Shown: in pieces, positions 11,931 through 22,781 of the stretch | Numbering within the stretch: the first letter of the stretch is position 1 | Layout of the letters: each line of letters opens with the position of its first letter | NCBI RefSeq assembly: GCF_000315625.1 | Contig: NW_005434669.1 | Location: 775,138-839,137, forward strand | Length of the DNA: 64,000 bases | Origin: Guillardia theta CCMP2712 | Lineage: Eukaryota > Protista > Cryptophyta | Direction: 5' to 3' | Notes under the pieces: model-generated | The model's database searches: none | Seen by the model: only the letters and a program-made list of their open reading frames with translations | Told to the model about the DNA's origin: nothing | Program-made: the position numbers and the translations under genes

Positions 11931-12404
11931 CAGAAAGCATGACAGTTGCCAAGAACAATGTAAAATCGTTTGTCCTGCCATTTACAGTCATCTTCCTCGC
12001 AACAAGATTGGGATAGGAGCAGAACGTGAAGTGCTTGATGAAACAGGTAGTTGCGAGATGACCTCTCAGTCTACCTGAGTCTAAGTTGTGACTTAGTGAT
12101 GATGAGTACTGCATGCAGCACACTAGATAGCCCTTGCAAGAAAGCTATCAGTATGGCAGGCTGTTACTAGTTCGTGGAACTGAGCCAACTCGGATCGACT
12201 AGAGTTGATGACACTGTACTTGTCACTGGCATGCAGCTACTAGGCTACTAAAGTTCTCTCATTGAATAAAGTTCACCGCTTGCCAAGTTTTCTCAGTCTC
12301 ATGCTCTGACCGTGTTCTACTCGTTTTCAAGTTTCAATTTCGCCTGCATGGCATGTAATATTTTTCGGCTTCGACCAAGTTTTCAAGTTCCGGGAAATAC
12401 GCCT

Positions 12405-12990
12405 CCCTCCGAGGCTCCCGGTGAGTCTCCGCCTGTCCTCGTACTGTTTTTTCACTTAACGGAAGTTTGAGCGCCTTCAAAAGCGCCACTGCCGGTAGTC
12501 ACGGTACCGTACGGTCAGTACTGACCTGGGGCGCCGCCGCGCGGCCGGGCCGCCGGCCGTACCGGCCCCCCCCGGCCGATCCGGTGACCGCGGGCCGGGC
12601 CCGCCGCCGCCGGGCCGCCGCCCGCCCGGCCGCGCGACTCTCAATGGGCCCCGCCGCCCGCCGGGGGCGGACTCCGAGAGTCCCCGATCACCGGGTCCGT
12701 CGCCGGGAGCCACAGGCTCAGTGAGGCCCCGGCTCACGGTTAACTTAACAGGCTTTGAGTAAAGTTCCAAAGTCCGGTCAGGACATAACTAGGCTCTTCT
12801 TTACGCTAGGCTAGTTTGGAGTAAAACCCCGGCGGGCCGGGGGCCCAGCCTGGCCCGCGGCTGAGGGCCTGGCCTCACTGATCGCCGTACTGAGTCCAGT
12901 TGAGTAAAACCTCACGGTTAACCGGGCACTCTTTACTCAAGATTAGTTAAGTCAAAATTAGTACCGAAAGAGGAGACCGATGAGCACGTT
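12405..12990. repeat. GC-rich palindrome island 3, bounded by outward-facing motif copies
   Basis: Motif on the minus strand at 12434-12471, a partial minus copy at 12740-12763 and a degenerate plus copy at 12932-12976. Confidence 0.8.
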
Positions 12991-14717
12991 GCGGTACTAA
13001 GTAGCAGGGGTGTTTGCGCCTTCAGCTTCCCAGTGACTCTCTGTCGCAAGGGCGTTGATGCAATTTGTCTACCTTTTACAGCTTCGTAAAAAAAATGAAG
13101 ACTCCCTTCTTCAGGGTGTACTGGCAAAAGGAACATTCCAGGCAGGGTGGGGAAAAAAACATTTTACTGCCCGCCCCAGAAGGCAGGCTACGGGGAACTA
13201 CTCGGGGTTGCCTGGTCGAATCTGTGACGAATTAACGACCCAACCTCTAGTGCTTCTGGTGGGTCATCAACACTAGCGGAGATGGTGGGGGTGATTCCTC
13301 GTACAATCTCATGGTACCACTGGTTGTACGCCGACTACCTTGCGGGATTTGTTAGTGGTGAGAAGGGGTGGAGGCCGGGGAAGTGTGTGCTAAGGGGAGA
13401 GGTAGGAGGTATTCCCCTTTTTATTGAGGACAACATATGAGATTCTCACGGTATGGTGGACAGAGCTTGAACCATGCCCAGAAGGTCATGGAGACACCCC
13501 TACCCCCCTATAAACAAAAAGGGGGTGATGGCTGGACGGTGGGGGTAGTTCTAAGGGTCTACATGTAAAGGGTCCCCGGGACGATGCCGCTCCTTCTTGG
13601 GAGATAGGGTGGAGATGTTAAAGGGGGGGTGGTAAGGAATTCGACTACCATGTAGGGGTATTGGCACTGAATTGCAGTAGTCTTGGTGGGGTGGTGGAGA
13701 ATTACACAGAGAATCCATGTTGGACTCTATTGGAGGGGGAATGGAAACAAAACTGTATGGAGATGTCTTTTTTTCTTTTTTGCTCTCCCCACTCTCAAGC
13801 ATGGTAGGGGATCCTATGCTGGTAGCACTTTGAATAGGAAGAGGTCATAGGACCAGCACCCCCAAAACGCACACTCTACTACCCTACTGGATGTTTTCCA
13901 CCCCATTACAAATACACCCCCACCCCTCATTTCGTACCTTTGTGGGGCTGCCTCATTGACTGTACCCAACCCCTCTCTTCAGAAAATGATTACCCCCACC
14001 CCCTCATTTCCCATCAATTCGGAGATGCATCTGATGCCTACCCCATCATACATCTTTTGTAGCACCGGTTATTTTCCTTTGAGAGTACAAACTCCTTGGG
14101 CTGTTAGAACCCCCCACCCCCTCGTTTGTGAAACTCGAGAACCCCACCGTTTCCTATTGTACCCCCTTTCGCACACAGGAGACCACCGGATCTGAGCGTA
14201 GGCATCACCCAACCAACTTCACGACGAGATCTACCCCCACCCCCTCTTTCAACTGCAATTACCTACTTCTTCTCCAGGTTCTTTTGCAAGGATGAGCACC
14301 CCACCCACCCTTTGTTCTACACTACTACGCACCACCGTACCTATCATTGACAGTACCCCTTCAAAAACTAACATCGATATACTACCACCACTGATTTACC
14401 GATGATGAAGCTCTCACAAGATCAGACCACGGTAAACAGACAATTTTCTTAAGTACGTCCATAAGTGACAATCAGCATGTCTTTCACATGCTTATTCTTT
14501 TTGCCCCGCAAAAAGCAAGTACCGTACCCTTTGATCACAAACAAGTACCCTACCCACACACAAGCTTAACCCTGAAGGAACCCACCACCCACTCAATCCC
14601 AATACCGAATGACCCTACCCCTTCAAAGACCCCCTTCTGTTCCTCGGGTTGGCCCCCTCAAGACGTCTCCCCATCCCCCTTTCACCCTCAATCCGCGTCG
14701 CACCCTCACCACACGCC

Positions 14718-15980
14718 ATGCTTCGCAAGGTTGTCCTCGCTGGTCTCGCCGCCACTGCAGTTGATGCCTTCACTGCCCCCTCTGGCTTCTTTGGCAACCG
14801 TCAGGCCCCTGCTGCGAAGATCAACTCCGTGAAGCCTGTTTCCGCCAGGACTCAGCGTGTGAACGGTGCGGCCTCCCTCAGGGCTGCCGAGGCTACCAAG
14901 AGCAAGCTCCCTGCCTCCGTCAAGCCCGGCGTTGTCACTGGCCAGGCTCTCGTTGACCTTTTGAACTATGCCAAGGAGAACAACTTTGCTATTCCGGGAG
15001 TGAACATTGTTGGAACTAACTCCATCAACGCTTGCATGGAGGCCGCTGCTAAGTATGGCGGTCCCATCATGGTTACCTTCTCCAAGGGTGGAGGACAGTT
15101 CATTGCTGGAAAGTCTCTTCCTAACAAGAACGATGAGGCTTCCATTGCTGGATCTATCGCTGGAGCTCTTCACGTTCGTGCTGTCGCCAAGCAGTACGGA
15201 ATCCCAGTTGTCCTTCACACTGACCATTGCCAGAAGGCTTGGCTTCCATGGATTGATGGGCTCATGGCTGCCAACGAGGACTACTTCAAGACCCACGGAG
15301 AGCCCCTCTTCTCTTCTCACATGCTTGACCTTTCCGAGGAGCCCCTTGAGGAGAACGTCGCTATCTGCAAGAAGTACCTCGAGCGCATGGCCAAGTGCAA
15401 CGTCCTCCTCGAGATGGAGCTCGGAGTTACTGGTGGTGAGGAGGATGGTGTTGACAATTCTGGAGTCGACTCCTCCCGCCTCTACACCCAGCCTGAGGAG
15501 GTTTGGTACACCTACCAGGAGCTCTCCAAGGTTCAGAATGGACACTTCACCATAGCCGCCTCCTTTGGAAACGTGCACGGAGTTTATGCACCGGGAAATG
15601 TTGACCTCAAGCCAGTTATTCTTCACAACACTCAGAAATACATCAGCGAGAAGCTTGGTGGAAAGGACAAGAAGCCCGTTAACTTCGTCTTCCACGGAGG
15701 GTCCGGATCCTCCCTTGAGGATATCCGCTATGCTATCGAGGCTGGCGTTATCAAGATGAACATCGACACTGATACTCAGTGGGCATTCTGGGATGGAGTT
15801 CGTGGATACGAAGCCAAGTACCACGATTACCTTCAGGGACAGATCGGAAACCCTGAGGGCGCAACCAAGCCAAATAAGAAGTACTATGATCCCCGCATGA
15901 TGTTGCGCGCTGGAGAGGAGTCCATGGCCAAGAGATTGATGCAGGCCGCGCAGGATCTTAACTGTGTCAATGTTGTCTGA
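14718..15980 (+). CDS. FBA: Plastid-targeted fructose-1,6-bisphosphate aldolase, class II type A (intronless)
   Basis: Motifs HTDHC, SSHMLDLSEE, ELGVTGGEEDGV, FGNVHGVY, VFHGGSG and KMNIDTD. The N-terminus MLRKVVLAGLAATAVDA|FTAPS is a signal peptide followed by an F-initiated transit peptide. Confidence 0.96.
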   Translation: MLRKVVLAGLAATAVDAFTAPSGFFGNRQAPAAKINSVKPVSARTQRVNGAASLRAAEATKSKLPASVKPGVVTGQALVDLLNYAKENNFAIPGVNIVGTNSINACMEAAAKYGGPIMVTFSKGGGQFIAGKSLPNKNDEASIAGSIAGALHVRAVAKQYGIPVVLHTDHCQKAWLPWIDGLMAANEDYFKTHGEPLFSSHMLDLSEEPLEENVAICKKYLERMAKCNVLLEMELGVTGGEEDGVDNSGVDSSRLYTQPEEVWYTYQELSKVQNGHFTIAASFGNVHGVYAPGNVDLKPVILHNTQKYISEKLGGKDKKPVNFVFHGGSGSSLEDIRYAIEAGVIKMNIDTDTQWAFWDGVRGYEAKYHDYLQGQIGNPEGATKPNKKYYDPRMMLRAGEESMAKRLMQAAQDLNCVNVV

Positions 15981-16153
15981 ATATTTGTGAAATGAAACTG
16001 AGGGTAGTGATAAAACGAAAGACAAATTTGTTGTTGTCACTTTCATTCTCACGTTCAATATTCAGTACTTTATTCATTGTTCTGCCATCCAAAAATTCAT
16101 GCCTGTTCAGTATCCAGGTATCACTGCACCCCGTTGAACCTGAACAAGCTATG

Positions 16154-16435
16154 TCAATGCACTCGAACAGTTATGTGTTGGAAGACCTGCTGGGAATACT
16201 CTCGCCACCATTCAGCATGTGCACGGAAGTGTTCACCGACGTCGGATTCGCAGTCATTGTCTCCATGCGGTTGAACTCCGTAGAGGCTCATCTGATCTTC
16301 GATCAATGCTTGACAAGCCTGCCGCCCGTCCACATTCATTGCGTTGCTGCAAACCGGTTGTGCTGGACAAAATTTCTTGTGAATCGCCTCATACCCAGAT
16401 TCAATGACACAATCAAATGTTATTTGCCGTTTCAT
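16154..16435 (-). CDS. Small hypothetical protein or gene fragment
   Basis: 93-aa ATG ORF with protein-like composition and no recognised domain. Confidence 0.25.
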   Translation of the reverse strand: MKRQITFDCVIESGYEAIHKKFCPAQPVCSNAMNVDGRQACQALIEDQMSLYGVQPHGDNDCESDVGEHFRAHAEWWREYSQQVFQHITVRVH

Positions 16436-17931
16436 CGGATGGACAACGGACTCAGAGATCTGGTCTCTCAGGCTTAGGCGCTCAGAAGCTGCCTAAAAAC
16501 CTTGTGATCGGAAATACCTAGAAAAAACGGTAAGTCTCTTTATCATCAACATTCTCATTGTTTCATTGATCAAATCTATCATGCCTGTGTTTTCTCCTTT
16601 TTATCAAGCTTTTCAATCTACTGTCCCTCGCTGTTAATCTACCCTTCTCGAAAGTCATAACTTGGTCTATAGATGTGTTAGAATCTTTTCTCTGCTTTTG
16701 TTAAAATTGGGGCGAGACAACAAAGATCTAGGCGGGGGTTGTCGAGCTATAATGTGTTTGATTGAAATCATGCATTCTTAGTCCTTGCTGTATTCCGTCA
16801 TGAGTGATCCTACCTCCGGTAGTTGTGCTTCAAACGTACATTAGCCAGTATCCTCACCTGCTTAGATCTGAGTCTGGGTTCTTCCGAATATTTGCCTCGT
16901 TTTCTCTGAACTATCCTGGGGGCGAATATTTGCCTTGTTATCTCTGGACTATCCTGGATCCTCGTTTGCTAGTGTACCTCCTTCCTACAGTTCTATTCTG
17001 TTCTACCCCGCCATTGTTTGTGGGTGGGCGGGAAGCCTCTCACTCACCGGACCCCCTCTACCCCTGTTTGCCTACAAGACCACCCTCTTTTTGACCCACA
17101 ATCCCAAAAATTCCTTACCACCGGTGTGAACATGTATGTCTGTACCTACCCTCCCATCTCCATTGTCTGTACCCTACCCTACATCATCAATGACTCCACA
17201 TTCCTGCAGGTAGACCTAATCAAATCACCTGATTGCATTTTGGTATTAGTGGCTGATCTATATTTTATATGACCTTGAGGGATATCTCTCCTACTGAGGG
17301 TGGCCGTGTTCAAACCCCTTAGGTCAAACTCTACCCCCACCCCACCATTGGACATAGTATCCCACAGTTACAACCCTGCCCCCTCCCCGTTTTGATGGAC
17401 CACCCTACTACCCCTCCTAACGAGTCCCTCGTTCTTACAACCCCCTTTCAGTTGCTTGAGGGTTGTATCAACAAACTGTCTACCCCCCTCAGTCCTATCA
17501 TGTACCCCCTTGTCTCTCCATCTAGGAGAGCGAAAGGGATCGATTCTGAGGGGTGGGGTGCTTGATCTGTCCTTTGGCAGGGGTAGTATGAAGTTGGACG
17601 AGGGTGGGTTGGGCCCACTGACATATTGGTACCACCACCACCCCTCTATTTCCAATAAAATCTCCACCACCCTCGATGGAACTAAAACTTAGTTTTAAAC
17701 TTGTGCGTGCGGCCCCCACGGGTGTGAACCACGGTGATGGTAGAACAGGTCAAAAGCTCATGAAGAAAGTTTGCTGGTAAAAGTTTGATTCTCAAAGTTG
17801 TAAATAAAAGGCTCAAAGTTGTAAAGTCTTGTGTTGGTTGCAGGCACAAGCTGGTTGTACATGCGCAAACGCTGTTAGTGTCGAAACATGGGTGGGTCGC
17901 AGAGGAAGAGGGCAGTGCAGAAGACCAATTC

Positions 17932-19167
17932 ATGCTTGCCATCGTGTCTCCAGAGCTGCCTGATGTTCTTATGCTGTTTTGTTTGCTACATTTGACCGTA
18001 CTGTACCCGATGTTTGTCGGATCCCTCGGCATCGAGGCATCTTGCACTGAGTCTTCTGCTCTTAGGCTCTAGACTTGAACAAAGACCGTGCAGTGTGCAG
18101 TGACCTTTGAGTGATTCAAGGTAACAGCATATCTCCTCTCACTCCTTGGATGTATCCTAAGTCGCGATAAGCAAACAAACTTGTGCAAAGATTCTCGATC
18201 CAAGCGGGGGAAATGCCTCTCAGAGCTAGGATGATCCTCTCAGAAATGCGAATGCCTAACAAATCAATCCTTTCATCTTGGATCAAAAGAGGAAACCCCC
18301 AGGTTGTTCAAGATAATGCTCTATGTCTGCTATTGTGGGTGCTGAAATATGTCGAAGGATCCAGAAGACCAAAAGCAAAGCATCCAGCTCGACCAGGTGA
18401 CCTCTTCCTCTAACGTCATGACCAGACCTGATGCCATCTCTTTTGTCTGCAGTCAGAAGCAAAATCAAAAGCTTTTGGAGGGCTTGCACCCACTACGATG
18501 GTGTGCAGATCCTTCGTGCAGCTCTGACCAGGTTTTGTGTTTGACGATTGGTGTGATTGACTTGTAGGTGCGTACTCGCCGAGCAGCCATGGAAGCGATG
18601 AGGAGAAGATCAGCAGAGAAGTACATCTCTCTCGGCAACTTCTAGTTTGACTGTGAAATTGGGAAGATCGTGGGAAGAAGCAGAAGAAAAAGTCAAGAGG
18701 CAGTTGCAAGTAGAAATGATTTGTTCAAGCAAAAACCTTTGAGAATCCATTTAGGCGATGGAAAGAGCAAGAGAACTTGAGTTCGAGAAGTTGAAGGAAA
18801 GGTTTGCACGTGCTTGATCCCCTCATGTCTTAACAATCGTCATGATTTCCCCCATGCTTTTAATGTAGGTTGCAAAAGGAAAAGCAAGGGGGAGATGATG
18901 GGGCCATCTCGGACGAACAAAAGTAACGCTTTCTTGATTTGTCATTCTCCTGTCTTTGATACTTGTGTGCATAACAGAAAGTCTGGAATCACTGAAGCGT
19001 ATGAAGCTGCGTCGGAGCACATTCGCGAGGAGAGTGCAAACGTGATTGCCAACGATGATTTGAACAGCTCTTTTCACACATTGAACAGGTCTCCAGGGAT
19101 AATTCGGCAATTCTATGGAGACATACAATCTCTGGCCGCCCAACGAACTTTGGAGGTGGTCTGTTGA
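17932..19167 (+). CDS. Hypothetical multi-exon protein
   Basis: Coding-like segments separated by plausible GT-AG introns. The last exon reads ...ITEAYEAASEHIREESANVIAND...LEVVC*. Confidence 0.3.
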
Positions 19168-19336
19168 ACTTGTGTATGCCCACTGTCACTCTGAAATTTT
19201 ATAGGCAATCATGAATCTTCGCTGAAAAGCATCCAAGATTCATCAGGAAAAGTATCGAATTGATTCAAATCTTTGATTTATTTACAAGAAAAAATAATAC
19301 TTCTTCGGTTCTGAAGAGATCAAATGCTTGGTTTGA

Positions 19337-19726
19337 TCATCCGCCGAACGATGGTGGATTGCTTTGATTCATCCATCTTTCAATCTTCATTTTGGTTTCT
19401 CTGTCACAAGTCTGCGTGTTCTTTCGTTCTATTGCGCCATGGAATGTGTCGTTCATGTACACTGTCTCCGTCTTGCGGCCTGGTTTCGAGTTGGCTGCCC
19501 TTGGCGTGTCAGCCCTTGTCTCGGCAAAAATCCCATTGAGAGGGGAGCTGACAGTCTCGACCAAGTTTTTTGCTGCATCCTCTACTTGAAACATCCAGTT
19601 CTGGAACGAGTGATTCACAACATACACCATCTGGTTCAAAGGATCATGTGCTGGTGGCGCAGGGGCTGTGCTATGATTCGCCCCCTTGCTTCGATTCGCG
19701 GACATGTTAGACGGCACCCGTGACAT
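19337..19726 (-). CDS. Hypothetical 129-aa protein (intronless)
   Basis: ATG-initiated ORF with natural composition and a pyrimidine-rich sense-strand upstream region. Confidence 0.55.
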   Translation of the reverse strand: MSRVPSNMSANRSKGANHSTAPAPPAHDPLNQMVYVVNHSFQNWMFQVEDAAKNLVETVSSPLNGIFAETRADTPRAANSKPGRKTETVYMNDTFHGAIERKNTQTCDRETKMKIERWMNQSNPPSFGG

Positions 19727-20739
19727 AGGAGAAAATCGTTTGAATGGTGTTGACGGGCGTAGAAAGGAAAATTCAGAAAGGCCCCTGCAGTACGAGAGAG
19801 GGCTGTATCAATATTATGATCACTGTTGCCTTCAGAACTATCTTGCAATCAACGATGAAAGCTGGCAATGCAGAAGAGCAATGCAGTACAGATAGGAGGA
19901 GAAGGGCAGGCAGGAGCAATGGATAGAGGAGTTGGTGAGTGGGAGTGGGAGCGAGGGAGGAACAGGTGGAGGTTGGATGAAGAGGTAGGAGGCAGTGTCG
20001 GTGTACAGGTGAAGGAGACCGACACCAGTAAAAGAGCACTTGTATCACAAGCCATCCCTAGGGGTAGGGGTATCTTTTTTGTGGGTGATCTACCCTAATT
20101 TTGATTGAGATTTGAGGGGGTACCTATCGTTATGGTGCATGGATTTAGTTCTCAAGGCAAGGTGGGGTATGCTTTACATGCTTTTTCTTTTTTCTGAAAA
20201 GGAAAAATCGATTAGTTGCAACACTACGGGGTAGGGTTATCAAGGGAGGGGTACAGCATATAATTTTGAGTTTTCCCTAATGCTCATATGCAGACTTGAC
20301 ACTATATATATGGTAGTAATATGAAAAGAGGTTAAAGTCTTGACCCCTATAACATTAATGACAAAGTTTTGACGGTATGGGGTAGGGTTCAAGAAAGAAA
20401 GGGGGTAGTCTGTCGTTGTCTTGTCACAGTGAAGAGTCAAAGATAATCCGGGAGGGGGGTGGGTGAATGTGACCCCTGGGGGGCCCTATGAACTTGAGTA
20501 CCCCTTTTTCCCCCAGACAATAGTAGGGTCCACAATGATTCTATTACTGCAAAGGTGACCCCCACCCCCTTCGGAGAACAAAATCTAATTTCGTACCGTA
20601 CAGGCTCGAGACCAGAGAGTACCCCATACTTCCCCTGTCCACTCCAATCATTCGCGACGGTAGGGTCCTTCTAGGCTTCACTTCCTGACTCTTTGCTTGT
20701 TTTTTCCCTTTTTTTCCTTTTGGTGATTTTTACATTTAT

Positions 20740-21100
20740 TGTTCCGAACTTGAAGCCTGAGGCCGAACTTGCTGTCGGACTCTGTGAAGTCACGGGCCGG
20801 TCCGACCGGGCCGGCCCGGCGGACTCGGGCCGAGGCCGCCGGGAACTGACCGAGTCCGATCCCTCGGACCGTCCGGGGGAGTCCGACCGATAAGGTCAAG
20901 GCGCCGGATGCACTGAGACCGTGGCAGTGAGCCGGCGGCGGAGCGCCCGGCCCCTGCTCAGTCTCGAGGGCTGGTCACCGGGTCCGGCGCCGGGCGATCC
21001 GGGGGGCCGGCCGCAGGAGCCCCGGCGACCGAGTCGGACCGTACTCCGGCCCGGCCCGGAACGCGCCGCCGGCTCCCGGCACCCAGGCCGAATTTCACGT
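20740..21100. repeat. GC-rich palindrome island 4
   Basis: Same vocabulary as the other islands. Shares the exact 14-mer GTCGGACTCTGTGA (20774-20787) with island 1 (1927-1940). Confidence 0.75.
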
Positions 21101-21360
21101 GCCAGCATGAGACAACAGAAGTCATGGCGGATAGACGGGAAGAAGAAACACGATAGGAATGAGGTCGAGAAGACGGGAGATTTCACTATATTTGTCATGC
21201 TAGAAGCCTTGAAAAGAGCTAGGCAAATGCATGGACGTAGAAGGAGAGGAGGGTTGAAAAGTAGATGTTGAAAAGTAGATGTTGAAATCGAAGATAGGAA
21301 TATACGACAGGATAACTCTTACGATTGTCGAGCTCAGTTGTTGGCTGCTATTGGGCGATC

Positions 21361-22691
21361 ATGAATAATTTTGATGCATATCATTTATCTTGACCTGCTT
21401 TGAATCGCTTGACAGGCTTTTGCCATATTCTGGGAATATCAAAGTTGAGTTGAGCGAAACTGTCTTGGAAATGGGGAAGGATTCAGAAAAATCGTCGAAA
21501 AAGCGAAAGAGATCGGCCGAAGATGATTCCGCTGTGAAAGATAGTGAAGGTCTAACATGAATTGCTTATTTTGGATCATGAATGACATGGTTGCTCTGTA
21601 GAATGTAAGACACTGAATGACAGTCGTCCTGAAACCAAGAAGATAACCAAGGCAATGAAAAAGATAGGAGAGTCCGTTGGATTGACGTTCAGCGGACAAG
21701 ACAAGCTTGAAGTTGAATTTGAATCTCTCTGGGAAAATTTTCCAAAGCCAAAACGAATAAAGAAACTCCCCGACGCGCAGAAAGAAAAAGCTGTATGTGA
21801 CAGCGATTTCATTTATGATTTTGCTGACTTTGGTGTAACGCAGATGTCAAGGATATTCTCTATTTGCACCAGATCGTCAGAATTATCGTCGAAGCTCCTT
21901 CACAGGTATGCTTTGAAATATGCCGGTATGAGTCTGAACAGACGCACAAGGTTCGGGGACAAACATTGTGTTGGCGGAGTGGCAGGATTGGGTATAGACA
22001 TGCCCGACGAGCTTGTTGTCAGGGTAGAGAAGAAGGCGGACAGAATTCTTGACAACGAGGAACTGTGAGTTTTTTGTGTACGACATCATGGATACGAGCT
22101 CCATACTGACACTCCTGATTGTCAGGTGGAAACGAACTTTAGGTGCAAGCCGTCGCTGTGTGCATGCATCTCTCAAACACTTGAGCGATGCATTGCGTGA
22201 GGAAGATCAGTCAGACACCGCAGATGCTGATGCTGCATGGACCGAGGCATCTCAGGCAGATGTTGAGGCAAACGAGGAGGACAAGACAGAAGACGAAAGA
22301 GACGAGAATGCTGCTTTGAGAGCAGAGCGGGGAGGCAAAGCAGAATCTAGCACGAGCGGCTTCATGGAGTGGTACATGTCAAAGTTTACAGACTCGTTTG
22401 CAGAGGAGTTAGATTCCATTCGTTCGAAGGTGAAGGACGAAGTTGCAAGGTGCTGTGCTGGAATTGACCGATAAGCTCAGGAGGAGCTCGACGCAAACGG
22501 TGTCAGCCTGCTGGTGGATGCGATCAAGTCAGGAGTTGATGTCATTCCCAAGGTTGAGAGGTGATGGTCGGTGTTGGCGTCCGACCAGCGCTCACTGATG
22601 TCTATGAAGGTACCTTTGCATGCCAAGTGATAGGGCAAAACAAGACTCCTCCTCCTCCAAGTCGACGAAGAAGATCAAGAAATCCAAGTGA
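21361..22691 (+). CDS. Multi-exon protein with C-terminal Rsa3-like (ribosome assembly) domain
   Basis: The spliced C-terminus FMEWYMSKFTDSFAEELDSIRSKEELDANGVSLLVDAIKSGVDVI resembles the Rsa3 pattern (F..Y.....F..DLD.LR...F....L..L..AL..G). Start codon is uncertain. Confidence 0.6.
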
Positions 22692-22781
22692 GATGAATTT
22701 TGCGATGGCAATGCCAATAAAGAGATAGCCATGCCCCGCGATTATGACAGGATTCATGTCATGAGAATATGATTTCTTCCT

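Noticed and set aside
14706-16058. 450-aa antisense ORF over FBA
   Set aside because: It is a shadow of strong codon bias in a highly expressed gene and has no protein-like motifs.
17791-17826. CTCAAAGTTGTAAA x2 as additional motif copies (also TTTACTCCTGACAAAG near 8697)
   Set aside because: Only 9-10 nt match and the AGTACGAGGA half is absent. They may be decayed copies, but this is not supportable.
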